Below are positions 49,315 to 58,891 of a stretch of 64,000 nucleotides of DNA, one piece after another. Each line of letters starts with the position of its first letter. The stretch's first letter is position 1. Position numbers and translations under genes: made by a program. This DNA comes from an uncultured Acidobacteriaceae bacterium (GTDB lineage Bacteria > Acidobacteriota > Terriglobia > Terriglobales > Acidobacteriaceae). Under the pieces are notes generated by a model, which saw nothing but the letters and a program-made list of their open reading frames with translations, was not told where the DNA came from and did not search any database. The stretch lies in contig CAVVNA010000017.1 of the NCBI GenBank assembly GCA_963749275.1, positions 5,098 through 69,097 on the forward strand. The letters are read 5' to 3'.

Positions 49315-51085
49315 GCCGGGTGATGCCAGTTCTCGGTCTTGAGTCTTCTATCCTGACTTCAGACTTGCACGCAAGAAACGGCCCGATGGCCAGCACATCC
49401 ATCTTGGTTCGCTGGAAGCAATCGATGGCTTCTTGCGGTGTGCACACGATCGGCTCATTCTCGTTGAAGCTCGTGTTCAGGATCACCGGGATCCCGGTTT
49501 TCTTGCCAAACGTCTGGATCAGATCGTAGTAGAGCGGATTCTCCTCCCGCGCCACGGTCTGCAATCGCCCGGTGTTGTCCACGTGGTTCACGGCGCAGAG
49601 GCTCTTCCTTTTCTCCGGGCGAATCTTGTACACATGGAGCATGTAGGGCGACGGATGATCGTGCTCGAAATACTCGTGCTGCGCATCGGCCAATATAGAG
49701 GGGGCAAACGGACGGAACCACTCGCGGTGTTTGATGCGAGCGTTCAACACATCCTTCATGTCGGGCAGGCCGGGGTGGGTGACGATAGAGCGATTGCCGA
49801 GGGCGCGCGGTCCCCACTCCATGCGTCCCTGAAACCATCCCACAACATTGCCCTTCACCATCTCATCGGAAACAGCGTCGAGCAGCGGCGCGCGCTCCAG
49901 TCGCCGATACTTTACGCCCGCGCTTTTCAATGCCGACTCAATCTGCGCTTCGGAAAACTCCGGCCCGAGGTAGGCATGATTCATCTGCTCGCGCCGCGGC
50001 TGTTTCAACACCGAGTGATACGTATGCAGCGCTGCGCCAATCGCCAGGCCTTCATCGCCTGCCGCGGGCTGAATCCAGGTGCGCCGGAATGGCGTCCGGG
50101 AAAACACTTTGCCATTGGCCACGCTGTTAAGTGCGCAGCCCCCCGCCAGGGCAAGATTCTCGTCGGGAACGCGCTTGTGCACCTCGTTCATAAGATGAAA
50201 GAACACTGCCTCGAAACAATATTGCATGGCATACGCCAGATCCATATCCCGCTGCGTGATCTCGGCATGGGGTTCACGAGGCGCACCGAAAAGCTTTTCC
50301 ATTTTGTCGGAGAAATGCCGCGCCAGGCGCACCGTTCCGTCGGGCAGCACCTGCATTCCCTGACTGCTCCCCAGCGGCTTGAAGTAACTCATGTTGAGTT
50401 GAAAGTTGCCATTCCTTAGAGCCACAACCTTCCGAATCTCGTCGAGGTATGCGTCTTTCCCGTACGGCGCCAGCCCCATGACTTTGCCTTCATCGCCATA
50501 TTTCCTGTAGCCGATGAAATCACAGATCATAGTGTAGAAGCTGCCCAGCGAGTGCGGCAGAAACACACGGTCGAGCACCTCAATTTCGTGTCCCTCGCAG
50601 CGCGCCATCATCGTGGACACAAAATCTCCCGAACCGTCATAGCTGAAGCCCGCAGCCTTTTCCCACGGCGAACAGTAGTACGAACTGGCGATGTGCGCGA
50701 TGTGGTGCTCCAGATGATGCTCCTGAAACTTCAGCGTGGAGGCATCCACGTCGAGCGCCTGCGACAGCAGCGAACGCACATTGCGCATCGACTCTTTGCG
50801 CTGCCGCATCTTGATAAAATTCAAGACCTTCGCCGGATTCACCAGCGCATACTGCACTTTCCTGGCGAGGTTCGCGTCGCTGTCCTGCCCCACGGCAACG
50901 TGCTGAACGTCGGTGAGCTTCGCGCCTGCCGCATCCAGGCAGGCTTTCACCGCCAGTGCGGGAAAACCACCGTAATGCTTGTGCCGGTTCAGCCGTTCCT
51001 CGGCCACCGCAAAAAGAATTTTTCCATCTTCGACAATCGCCGCCGAAGCGTCGGCATGAAACATGTTCAGGCCCAGAATCAACAT
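49307..51085 (-). CDS. carbamoyltransferase (NodU/CmcH family)
   Basis: 'ILGLNMFHADASAAIVEDGKILFAVAEERLNRHKH', 'LEHHIAHIASSY', 'ALAGGCALNSVANG', 'QPAAGDEGLAIGAA', 'NTSFNENEPIVCTPQEAI'. Confidence 0.9.
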   Translation of the reverse strand: MLILGLNMFHADASAAIVEDGKILFAVAEERLNRHKHYGGFPALAVKACLDAAGAKLTDVQHVAVGQDSDANLARKVQYALVNPAKVLNFIKMRQRKESMRNVRSLLSQALDVDASTLKFQEHHLEHHIAHIASSYYCSPWEKAAGFSYDGSGDFVSTMMARCEGHEIEVLDRVFLPHSLGSFYTMICDFIGYRKYGDEGKVMGLAPYGKDAYLDEIRKVVALRNGNFQLNMSYFKPLGSSQGMQVLPDGTVRLARHFSDKMEKLFGAPREPHAEITQRDMDLAYAMQYCFEAVFFHLMNEVHKRVPDENLALAGGCALNSVANGKVFSRTPFRRTWIQPAAGDEGLAIGAALHTYHSVLKQPRREQMNHAYLGPEFSEAQIESALKSAGVKYRRLERAPLLDAVSDEMVKGNVVGWFQGRMEWGPRALGNRSIVTHPGLPDMKDVLNARIKHREWFRPFAPSILADAQHEYFEHDHPSPYMLHVYKIRPEKRKSLCAVNHVDNTGRLQTVAREENPLYYDLIQTFGKKTGIPVILNTSFNENEPIVCTPQEAIDCFQRTKMDVLAIGPFLACKSEVRIEDSRPRTGITRHD

Positions 51086-51162
51086 TTACGGCTCGTTCCC
51101 TTTGCTCGCGTTTTCAGTGGCTCTGCTGAAAATAAAATCCCACAAGCTCAACTCACCAGACT

Positions 51163-51193
51163 TTGTCATCCCGAGCTACGCTCGGGATGACAA
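51163..51193. repeat. REP hairpin
   Basis: TTGTCATCCCGAG-ctacg-CTCGGGATGACAA, 13-bp perfect stem, in the spacer between the oxidoreductase stop and the carbamoyltransferase start. Confidence 0.8.
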
Positions 51194-51245
51194 TTCATTA
51201 GGGATATCGCTCCTGCACACTGCGGACCCATCTCGCCCGGGACAC

Positions 51246-53489
51246 TTAGTGCTGGGATTTTCTCCGCAGCGCGGCCGCGACGAACTCGCCGAGTTCGACC
51301 GTCAGAGGTTGCCCGGTCTGGCATGAGTTCTGCAGTCGAAGGGTCGCGAGTGTCGAGCCCACCACCTGTTCAAACGGAATGGGCGGCGGCATCTTGCCTC
51401 GAAGTGCATCCACAAATGCCTGCATCTCCGCCTTGTGGCCCTTGTCCTGTCCCCAGCGCGCGCGCGTGATTTGTTTGCGCGCGTTGCGAACCAGTTCGAG
51501 TCGCCGAAAATCTTCGAGGATGGCAACCGAGCCGCCGCCGAAAACTTCCACGCGCTCCTTCGAAGCCGACTTGTCGCCGTTGGCAAGATAGCTGATCGTC
51601 CCCAGCGTGCCGTTCGCAAACTTGAGCGATGCGACGACGTTATCCATGCTGTACTGCCCCGGATTGCCCACGGTCTGCGCCTGCACTTCAATCGGACAGG
51701 CGCCCGCGAGAAAGCACAGGAAGTCGACAAAATGGCAGACCTCGCCGAGAATGCGCCCGCCTCCCTGCTCCGGATCGTTCACCCAATGATCGGCGGGGAT
51801 ATAACCGGCATTCACCCGGTAGTGGATGGCCAACGGTTCGTGGATCTCCGACAAAAACCGTTTCATCTCCACGGCCGTGGGCGCGAATCGACGATTGAAC
51901 CCGACCATCAGGAACGGAGCATGGTCGTCGGCCGTCGCACAAACCAGCGCCGCCAGTTCGCCTTCATTGAGGCAAAGCGGCTTTTCGCAGAAAACCGCTT
52001 TCCCCGCGCGCAGGGCCGCCAGCGCCTGGCTGGCATGAAGGTGATGACGAGTGGCGATCAGCACCGCTTTGATCTTCGGATCCTGCAGCAGCTCAGCTTC
52101 TGAATTCGAACAGTAGGAAAATCCAAATTTCTCCGCCGCGTTCCGGCTGCGCGGCCCAGTCGCATTGCAGACGCCAATGAAAGAAACGCCCGGGATCGCC
52201 TTCAGCGCGGGCAAGAGCGTGTTCTGCGCGAAACTTCCAGCTCCCAGCACGCCCAAGCCTTCGGAACCGGACGTTGGTCCAACGGTGGCCACCGGAATTT
52301 TCTCCGACAAACTCGGCGCGGTTCCAGATTCGGCGCCCGCATACGTGATCAGCACGCCTAGAAAAAACTCACGCGTGGTTCCCGTAATCAGGTCGTAGGC
52401 CTGAGCGGCCTGTTCCATGGGAAAGCGGTGCGTGATCAGCGTCGGCAGGTTCAGTTTGCCGTCCGCGATGAATTGCAGAAACGCTCCCAGGTTGCGCGTC
52501 TCCGTCCAGCGCACATGGCCAATCGGATAATCGCGCCCTTTCTGCTCATAAGCAGCGTCATAGCGACCGGGACCGTAGGAGCGCGAAACTCGAAAATCCA
52601 ATTCCTTCTCGTAATACAGTTTGCGCTGCAGCTCCATGCCAACGGTTCCCACGGCAACCACAATGGCGCGATCGCGCGCCAGTTCCGCCGCCAGATTCAC
52701 CGGCTCACTGCTGGGAGTCTCCGCTGTAATCAGCACCGAGTCCACGCCCGCGCCTCCCGTTTTCTGGAAACACAGATCGCGGAACTCACGCGCGCCGGTG
52801 CACCCGTCCTCGGCTCCGCTTCCAATCGCAAGATCGGCGCGCTGCCGCAACAGATCCATTCCAAAGACGCGGCAACCGGCGGCCTTCAGCAACTGGACCG
52901 TGATTTGCCCGAGCAACCCCAGCCCGATCACAGCGACCGTGTCGCCGAGTGCGGCCTCCGCAGTTCGAATACCGTGCAGGCAAATAGCCCCTACTGTCCC
53001 GAAGGCTGCCTCTTCACAGGAAACCTTGGACGATCCTTTCCAAGGCGATCCTTCCCGGCCGCCGGGAATCTTCGCAACCAGCATTCGCGGCACGCAGACA
53101 AACTCGGCATGAACCGCATATCCCGCGCCCGCGCAAGCGACGCGGTCGCCCACGCTGATGTCGGCGACGCCATCGCCAACGGCAACCACCACTCCGGCGC
53201 TGCTGTAGCCCACCGATTGCGGTTGGTCCAATCGCGACCGCACGGTTTGCAGGGTAGAAGCCAAACCATCCCGCCGCATCTTGGCCAGCACATCGCTCAC
53301 CAGATCGGGACGAGCCTTCGCCTTCGCCAGCAGATTCTTGCTGGCAAATTCAGCGGACGCGCGCTCCGTGCCGGCCGACACCAGCGACGCCTCCACTCGC
53401 ACCAGCACAGAGCCCGGTAACAATTGCGGAGCCGGTACTTCGGCGACCCGTAAGTCGCCAGTGCGCGCGTCTTGTAGGAGTTGCTTCAT
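51246..53489 (-). CDS. bi-domain oxidoreductase (Zn-dependent alcohol dehydrogenase-like + Gfo/Idh/MocA)
   Basis: N-terminal MDR/ADH 'VLVRVEASLVSAGTE', 'VAVIGLGLLGQITVQLLKAAGCRVFGMD'; C-terminal 'LGVLGAGSFAQNTLLPAL', 'AVLIATRHHLHA', 'VFCEKPL', 'MVGFNRRFAP'. Confidence 0.85.
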   Translation of the reverse strand: MKQLLQDARTGDLRVAEVPAPQLLPGSVLVRVEASLVSAGTERASAEFASKNLLAKAKARPDLVSDVLAKMRRDGLASTLQTVRSRLDQPQSVGYSSAGVVVAVGDGVADISVGDRVACAGAGYAVHAEFVCVPRMLVAKIPGGREGSPWKGSSKVSCEEAAFGTVGAICLHGIRTAEAALGDTVAVIGLGLLGQITVQLLKAAGCRVFGMDLLRQRADLAIGSGAEDGCTGAREFRDLCFQKTGGAGVDSVLITAETPSSEPVNLAAELARDRAIVVAVGTVGMELQRKLYYEKELDFRVSRSYGPGRYDAAYEQKGRDYPIGHVRWTETRNLGAFLQFIADGKLNLPTLITHRFPMEQAAQAYDLITGTTREFFLGVLITYAGAESGTAPSLSEKIPVATVGPTSGSEGLGVLGAGSFAQNTLLPALKAIPGVSFIGVCNATGPRSRNAAEKFGFSYCSNSEAELLQDPKIKAVLIATRHHLHASQALAALRAGKAVFCEKPLCLNEGELAALVCATADDHAPFLMVGFNRRFAPTAVEMKRFLSEIHEPLAIHYRVNAGYIPADHWVNDPEQGGGRILGEVCHFVDFLCFLAGACPIEVQAQTVGNPGQYSMDNVVASLKFANGTLGTISYLANGDKSASKERVEVFGGGSVAILEDFRRLELVRNARKQITRARWGQDKGHKAEMQAFVDALRGKMPPPIPFEQVVGSTLATLRLQNSCQTGQPLTVELGEFVAAALRRKSQH

Positions 53490-55501
53490 GCTGTCGTGAG
53501 TGGTTGAGATGCGTCGATCTGCCGCTGCGCAAACGCCCTTGCGCCACCGTCGAGAAAAAGCTGCATCCAGATTTCCAGCGTCAGCAGTTGCCAGATTTGC
53601 ATCGACCAGTCTTCCGCGCCCCGCCGGTGTTCCCCAATGTACCCGCGTACCACTTGCGGACGGAACAGCCCTCTGCGCTTGACTTGCGCTTCCGAAAGAA
53701 GATCGTCCATCATAGGACGCAATTCATGCGCTAGCCAGTAATCTACCGGCGCCGCGAATCCCGCTTTCGGCTGCCGCATCACCTCGTCTGGCAGCATACT
53801 ACGCATGGCTTCGCGGAAAATGTACTTCGTCACAGGACGCCATTTCCCTTTCAGCTTCAAATCTGGCCTGACGTTCCATGCAACGAACTCGGCGAACCCC
53901 CGGTCCAAGAACGGCACCCGCACCTCGACCGACGACGCCATGCTCATTTTGTCGTTGTAGGTCAGATTCAGTGTGGCCATGAAAATCTTAGTGTCTAGAT
54001 AGAGCATCTGGTTGAGAAAATCCGCGTGCCGCACTTTGTCGAACGCCGCCAGATGCTGGCCGGCGGAATTGCCGCTTGCCGCCTGCTGCGATTTTAGAGC
54101 ATACAAATCTGTCTTCTGCTGCGCATCGAGATACGTGCAGTTCCTGATGAACGCTTCCGCCGGGCTGAGCGCCGCGCTCCGCGCCATCTTCTTCGCCAGA
54201 CGCACCGACCCTTTCATGCGCGTCCCCCGTAGTGACGGCAACCCCAGCAGAGCGCGCTCCGCGGCCAACCGCGCAAAGCCCGGGACGCGCCGATATTCTT
54301 CCGCCCAGCCGTGAGCGACATGCTTGCGATATCCCGCGAAAATCTCGTCGCCGCCCACTCCCGACAAGAGCACGGTCGCCTGTTTTCGCGCCTCGCGGCA
54401 CACCAGATACGCGGTGATGATCGCCGGATCGGCCGTCGGCTCATCCATGTGCCAGGTCAAACCCGGCAACAGACCGACCACATCGGGCTCGACCACGATC
54501 TCATGGTGCTCGCAACCCAGCTTGCGCGCCAGGCGCTGCGGAACGCCGGGATCGTCAATCGTTGTCTCGCCTACGCGATATTTTTCGGGAAACGTGATCG
54601 TATAGGTCCGCACCGGCTGTTTTCGCGCCATGGCCGCCACCATGGCCGTAACTATGCTCGATGAATCCATCCCCGCACTCAGAAACGCGCCGATCGGAAC
54701 ATCGCTCACCATCTGTTGGTCGACCGATGCGCAGAACCGCTCTCGAACCTCATTCGCCAGATCCGCCTCCGTCCGTTCGAAGCGATGTTCCGCCGGAGGG
54801 AAAGTCAAGTCCCAGTACTGTTCGATCTCGAATTCGCCGCCCTGCCAAAGCGCGTAGTGGCCTGCCGGGAGCTTGCGGATTCCCTCGAACATCGTCAGCG
54901 GATCGGGCACCCAGAGAAACGTAAGGTATTTGTCGAGCGCCTCGAGGTTTATGCTCGCTTCGATTCCTGGCACCTCGAGCAGCGCCTTGACCTCGGAAGC
55001 AAAAGCCAGTTTCCCGGCGCGCTCCCAGTAATAGAGCGGCTTGATTCCGAAATGATCGCGAGCCAGAAATAACTTCGGCGAAGAGCCGCGCAAGTCGCAG
55101 ATCGAGAGCGCAAACATGCCATTCAGGCGGTTTAGGCAGTCTTTGAGGCAGTCGGTGCCATATTCTTCGTAGAGATGAAGCACGACTTCCGTATCGGTGT
55201 GCGAACGAAAACGATGAGCGTTGGATTTGCCTTCGAGCTCACGGCGCAGATCGGCGAAGTTGTAGATCTCGCCGTTGTAGGTAATCCACACCGTGCCATC
55301 TTCGTTCGACATGGGCATGTGGCCATCGGCGGAAAGGTCGAGAATGGCCAGACGGCGGCTGCCCAGGCCGATGTATCCCCCATCGGGGAAATGCCGCTCC
55401 CAGAGCCCGGAGTCGTCGGGACCGCGGTGCGTCTGCACGTTCGTCATCCGGGCGAGCGTCTCCCGGTCGCCGCAGTTCACGAGTCCGCTGATGCCGCACA
55501 C
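53486..55501 (-). CDS. asparagine synthase (glutamine-hydrolysing) family amidotransferase
   Basis: 'MCGISGLV' Ntn Cys2; 'RRLAILDLS.DGHMPM', 'WITYNGEIYNF'; synthetase 'PIGAFLSAGMDSSSI' PP-loop; 'LLSGVGGDEIFAGY'. Confidence 0.9.
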   Translation of the reverse strand: MCGISGLVNCGDRETLARMTNVQTHRGPDDSGLWERHFPDGGYIGLGSRRLAILDLSADGHMPMSNEDGTVWITYNGEIYNFADLRRELEGKSNAHRFRSHTDTEVVLHLYEEYGTDCLKDCLNRLNGMFALSICDLRGSSPKLFLARDHFGIKPLYYWERAGKLAFASEVKALLEVPGIEASINLEALDKYLTFLWVPDPLTMFEGIRKLPAGHYALWQGGEFEIEQYWDLTFPPAEHRFERTEADLANEVRERFCASVDQQMVSDVPIGAFLSAGMDSSSIVTAMVAAMARKQPVRTYTITFPEKYRVGETTIDDPGVPQRLARKLGCEHHEIVVEPDVVGLLPGLTWHMDEPTADPAIITAYLVCREARKQATVLLSGVGGDEIFAGYRKHVAHGWAEEYRRVPGFARLAAERALLGLPSLRGTRMKGSVRLAKKMARSAALSPAEAFIRNCTYLDAQQKTDLYALKSQQAASGNSAGQHLAAFDKVRHADFLNQMLYLDTKIFMATLNLTYNDKMSMASSVEVRVPFLDRGFAEFVAWNVRPDLKLKGKWRPVTKYIFREAMRSMLPDEVMRQPKAGFAAPVDYWLAHELRPMMDDLLSEAQVKRRGLFRPQVVRGYIGEHRRGAEDWSMQIWQLLTLEIWMQLFLDGGARAFAQRQIDASQPLTTA

Positions 55502-55505
55502 CGCC

Positions 55506-56432
55506 TCAGTTCCTCCCCGTCTTTAGTTCGCACTTTAGCTCGACAATTTTAGCCTTGGTATGAAACATCTGCACCGCTTGAAAGGCGCAATAGATCAGTC
55601 CGGGCACGCCATCGAGAAACCCCAGACGAAAAACGTAACGGTACAGGAAGAGAAGAACCGGAGAGCCCGGCAAGCGATAGAGATTCCGCTTGAGCCATCT
55701 TCGGCGCTGCGCCTGAGTGCCGAATAAATCCGCCCTCACCGCAGCAGAATTAGAATCGCCTTCCGGCTGCAAAAGCACGCGCGCTTCCCAGTTCGAGTAC
55801 TCATTGTGCTTCAGGATGTAGCGCGACAAGGAATCGACATTGTGATGGACCAGCGCATTGCGCAACTCTGCCGTGGGCCCATCCACCACCACGTGTTCGT
55901 GGATCTCAATGTCGGCCATCGATGTATCCTGATCTCTCAACCGGCACTCAAAACGACCTCGCCCTTTACGGAACAGCGACAGCTTCCAGAAACTCGCATC
56001 GCAATGTCGCAAGACCCTTCCAAGAAAATACATTTGCAGGCGGATGAAATAGCCGTCCACGTTAGGGTTTTGCAGCGCGCGCCGAATTTCTTCAACCAGT
56101 TCCGGCGTCAGCACTTCATCCGCATCGAGCAGGAGAATCCAGTCGTACGCGAGCGGCAGCGTGTCCATCGCCCATTGGCGCTTCTTCGGCCAGCCCCCCG
56201 CATAATGAAACTGGACGACCTTCGCCCCGTGCGACTGAGCAATCGCAACCGTGTCGTCCGTGCTTTCGGAATCGATGACATACACATCACCGACCCCGGC
56301 GAGCGACTCCAGGCAGCGCGGCAAGTTGCGAGCCTCATTGCGGACCGGAACGATCACGCTTACGGGCAGTACCTGCACCGCGGCGCTCGACTGCGACACC
56401 TCAGCTTCTGATTTTGCTTCGATCAAGTCCAT
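55506..56432 (-). CDS. glycosyltransferase family 2
   Basis: 'VSVIVPVRNEARNLPRCLESL', 'VYVIDSESTDDT', 'WILLLDADEVL' (DxD). Confidence 0.85.
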   Translation of the reverse strand: MDLIEAKSEAEVSQSSAAVQVLPVSVIVPVRNEARNLPRCLESLAGVGDVYVIDSESTDDTVAIAQSHGAKVVQFHYAGGWPKKRQWAMDTLPLAYDWILLLDADEVLTPELVEEIRRALQNPNVDGYFIRLQMYFLGRVLRHCDASFWKLSLFRKGRGRFECRLRDQDTSMADIEIHEHVVVDGPTAELRNALVHHNVDSLSRYILKHNEYSNWEARVLLQPEGDSNSAAVRADLFGTQAQRRRWLKRNLYRLPGSPVLLFLYRYVFRLGFLDGVPGLIYCAFQAVQMFHTKAKIVELKCELKTGRN

Positions 56433-56546
56433 TCAGCTGGCCGGTGGCCTTGGCAGCGCCACAATAAACGATGTCTTTATAGCGCTGGTGAAGCAACCCA
56501 TCCTCCGGTGGCGTCATTATAATAGTGCAGCTTGGCAGGCATCCCT

Positions 56547-56576
56547 GACCAGCCATTCTTGACCAGCCATTCTTGA
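56547..56576. repeat. 14-bp tandem direct repeat (2 units) in an intercistronic spacer
   Basis: GACCAGCCATTCTT GACCAGCCATTCTT GA, within the 158-bp spacer between the GT4 stop (56591) and the GT2 start (56432). Confidence 0.9.
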
Positions 56577-56590
56577 GATGAGCAGACCAA

Positions 56591-57859
56591 TCAATCGATA
56601 GCTTGGCGGTAAATCCTGGACAGGTGTTCCGCCTGGTGCGATAGCGTGAACTTTTCCAGGATCGTCTGGCGCGCGGCGGTCCCTATGCGCGCACAGGCTT
56701 CAGGCGAGCCCAGTAAAGCGGCTAGCCCCTGCACAAGTTCTTCGAGTCCATCCGCCGGGATGAGCCAGCCATTCTTGCCGTGCTCAATCACTTCATCAAT
56801 TCCCTGGCCCCGGCAGCCAATCACCGGTTTGCCGCAGGACATGGCTTCCAGATACACGCATCCCAGGCCCTCGTTCCAGCTGGGCAACACGAATACGGAG
56901 CAGCGTCGCATGGCCACGGCAACCTCGGCCCGGCTCCGCCGGCCGACAAACAGAACTTGTTGCTCGATGCCCAAGTCGCGCACCAGTAATTCAAATTGGG
57001 CGCGATCCGGCCCCTCGCCGATGATGCGGCATCGAATCTGCGGAAAGGAGGCTCGAAGATTTCCGAGCGCTCTCAACACAAGTTCGTGGCCTTTGCTGCG
57101 CAAGAGGTTGCCGACGATCAGAATCTCTGGCCCAAACGGTCCCGCCGCAGGCGAGTCCGGCGAAAAAAGATTTGGATTCACGCCGTTGTACACGATGGCG
57201 CTGCGCGTTTCAGCCCGCATTCCGGTTTTCAGAATTTCCTGCACCTTGCTGCTGATACATATTACGGTCCGCGCCGCGCGATAGACCTCCACCGACACCT
57301 TCCGCCGCCAAGCCGCCGGAATTCCATTCAGGAAGAACGTGTTGAACACATCCAGCCCGTGAATCGTAATTACGAACGGAATGTTCAAACGACTGGAAAG
57401 TGACGCGGCCGCGTGTCCGCAAGGCAGGGCGGAATGAGCGTGTATCAGATCAATCGGCTTCACACTGTGCATCTTCCGTATTCGTCCCCGGAGACGCGCG
57501 TAGAGCAGCTTCCCCGCACTTGAGAGCCCGAGATTTCCGGGGACTTGCGGATATCGCACCCAATCTGCCGCAGCCGATGAACTCGGCTGTCTTCGAGGAT
57601 GATAGATCGGGGATACTCCAATCACGCTGCAATCGACACCGAGCCGCTTAAGCTGTTCAATCGGTTCCGCGATGAAGCAACCGCTCACCTCATTTTGGTC
57701 CGACGGAAAAAATGGAGTGAGAGTCAAGACGTGCAACGCTGGACCACCTCCGCGCTTCGGGACATCCGTTTCGCTCAATCTCAGAACTGAACGCTGCCTG
57801 TTCATGATACCTTGAGCGAACGGACTTGGATTCGGATTGACAGCCAGCGTGACCAGCAC
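56591..57859 (-). CDS. glycosyltransferase family 4
   Basis: 'LHVLTLTPFFP', 'DLIHAHSALPCG', 'ITIHGLDV'; C-terminal 'FVLPSWNEGLGCVYLEAMSCGKPVIGCRGQGIDEVIEHGKNG'; true start probably ATG 57805. Confidence 0.85.
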   Translation of the reverse strand: MLVTLAVNPNPSPFAQGIMNRQRSVLRLSETDVPKRGGGPALHVLTLTPFFPSDQNEVSGCFIAEPIEQLKRLGVDCSVIGVSPIYHPRRQPSSSAAADWVRYPQVPGNLGLSSAGKLLYARLRGRIRKMHSVKPIDLIHAHSALPCGHAAASLSSRLNIPFVITIHGLDVFNTFFLNGIPAAWRRKVSVEVYRAARTVICISSKVQEILKTGMRAETRSAIVYNGVNPNLFSPDSPAAGPFGPEILIVGNLLRSKGHELVLRALGNLRASFPQIRCRIIGEGPDRAQFELLVRDLGIEQQVLFVGRRSRAEVAVAMRRCSVFVLPSWNEGLGCVYLEAMSCGKPVIGCRGQGIDEVIEHGKNGWLIPADGLEELVQGLAALLGSPEACARIGTAARQTILEKFTLSHQAEHLSRIYRQAID

Positions 57860-57870
57860 TACGTTGGTGG

Positions 57871-58857
57871 TTGACCCTCCCTATGCCAGCGTTTGACGAA
57901 GAACTCCTGAAGCTCGTGGTTTGTCCACGGGATAGGCAAAATCTTCACCAGGAATTTGATTGGCTCTATTGTCCCTCGGGTCACCGCTACCGGATCATAG
58001 AGGGCATCCCGATCTTGCTCGTCTCCGAAGCCGAACAAACGCACATTGAGGGAACTCGCGCTTTGGCCGTGGCCGAGGAAGGCGACCGGACGAATCTGCC
58101 CCCAATCCAGTTGAGGCCCGGCGAGATCGATCCGTTTGTGAAAGAGTGGATCGGCGCCACCAACGGCAGCCTATATCAACATCTGGTGGGCAAGCTGACC
58201 GAATATCCCGTGCCTGCGCTTCGCCTTCCCGCCGGCGAGGGCCGCAGTTTCCTGGAAATCGGTTGCAATTGGGGACGGTGGTGTCTGGCCGCCGCGCAAT
58301 CCGGCTACCGGCCAGTCGGGATTGACCCATCGCTCAAAGGCATCCGCGCCGCCCGGCGGGTAGCGCGGCAGTTGGGAATCCAAGTGTCTTACCTGGTAGC
58401 GGACGGGCGCTACCTGCCATTCCGCGACTCGATCTTCGACCAAGTTTTTTCTTACAGTGTGCTTCAGCATCTCTCAAAGGAGAACGCCCGTTCAGTGCTG
58501 GTGGAAACTCATCGTGTTCTGCGAAAAGGTGGGCAGGCCATGGTTCAGCTTCCAAACGTCTTCGGTATTCGCTGCCTCTATCATCAGTTCCGCCGGGGCT
58601 TTCGCGAGACCAGGGACTTTGAAGTCCGGTACTGGACGATTCCGGAACTCCGGCGCACCTTCGGAAGCGCCCTCGGACCCGCTTCGGTTGAGGTCAACGG
58701 GTTTTTTTCGCTCAATGCGCAAGTCAGCGATTTGCGGTTTTTTCCATGGCAGTACAAGCTACTTGTTCTCCTGTCACACAGCTTGCAGCGGCTTTCAAGG
58801 CAGGCTCCGGCCTTGGCATATCTCGCCGACAGCCTCTACGTATCCGCTTCCAAGTGA
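57871..58857 (+). CDS. Trm112-like zinc-ribbon fused to class I SAM-dependent methyltransferase
   Basis: 'LLKLVVCPRDRQNL....LYCPSGHRYRIIEGIPILL' (Trm112p/DUF343 pattern), then 'FLEIGCNWGRWCLAAAQSGYRPVGIDPS', 'FDQVFSYSVLQHL', 'LRKGGQAMVQ'; the only plus-strand gene inside the minus-strand block; probable start ATG 57883. Confidence 0.8.
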   Translation: MTLPMPAFDEELLKLVVCPRDRQNLHQEFDWLYCPSGHRYRIIEGIPILLVSEAEQTHIEGTRALAVAEEGDRTNLPPIQLRPGEIDPFVKEWIGATNGSLYQHLVGKLTEYPVPALRLPAGEGRSFLEIGCNWGRWCLAAAQSGYRPVGIDPSLKGIRAARRVARQLGIQVSYLVADGRYLPFRDSIFDQVFSYSVLQHLSKENARSVLVETHRVLRKGGQAMVQLPNVFGIRCLYHQFRRGFRETRDFEVRYWTIPELRRTFGSALGPASVEVNGFFSLNAQVSDLRFFPWQYKLLVLLSHSLQRLSRQAPALAYLADSLYVSASK

Positions 58858-58891
58858 AAACAACCCCGACCAATGTGGAGGATCGAATCAA

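Noticed and set aside
46081-53420. Long ORFs antisense to polysaccharide genes (46081..47025 -, 49433..50419 +, 52428..53420 +, 48403..49047 +)
   Set aside because: Each overlaps a gene with strong family motifs on the other frame or strand. Their composition is typical of GC-rich shadow frames.
56531-56546. TTGGCAGGCATCCCTG as a sigma-54 (-24/-12) promoter
   Set aside because: The -12 element is CCTG rather than TTGC, and the motif is on the plus strand while the flanking genes are on the minus strand.
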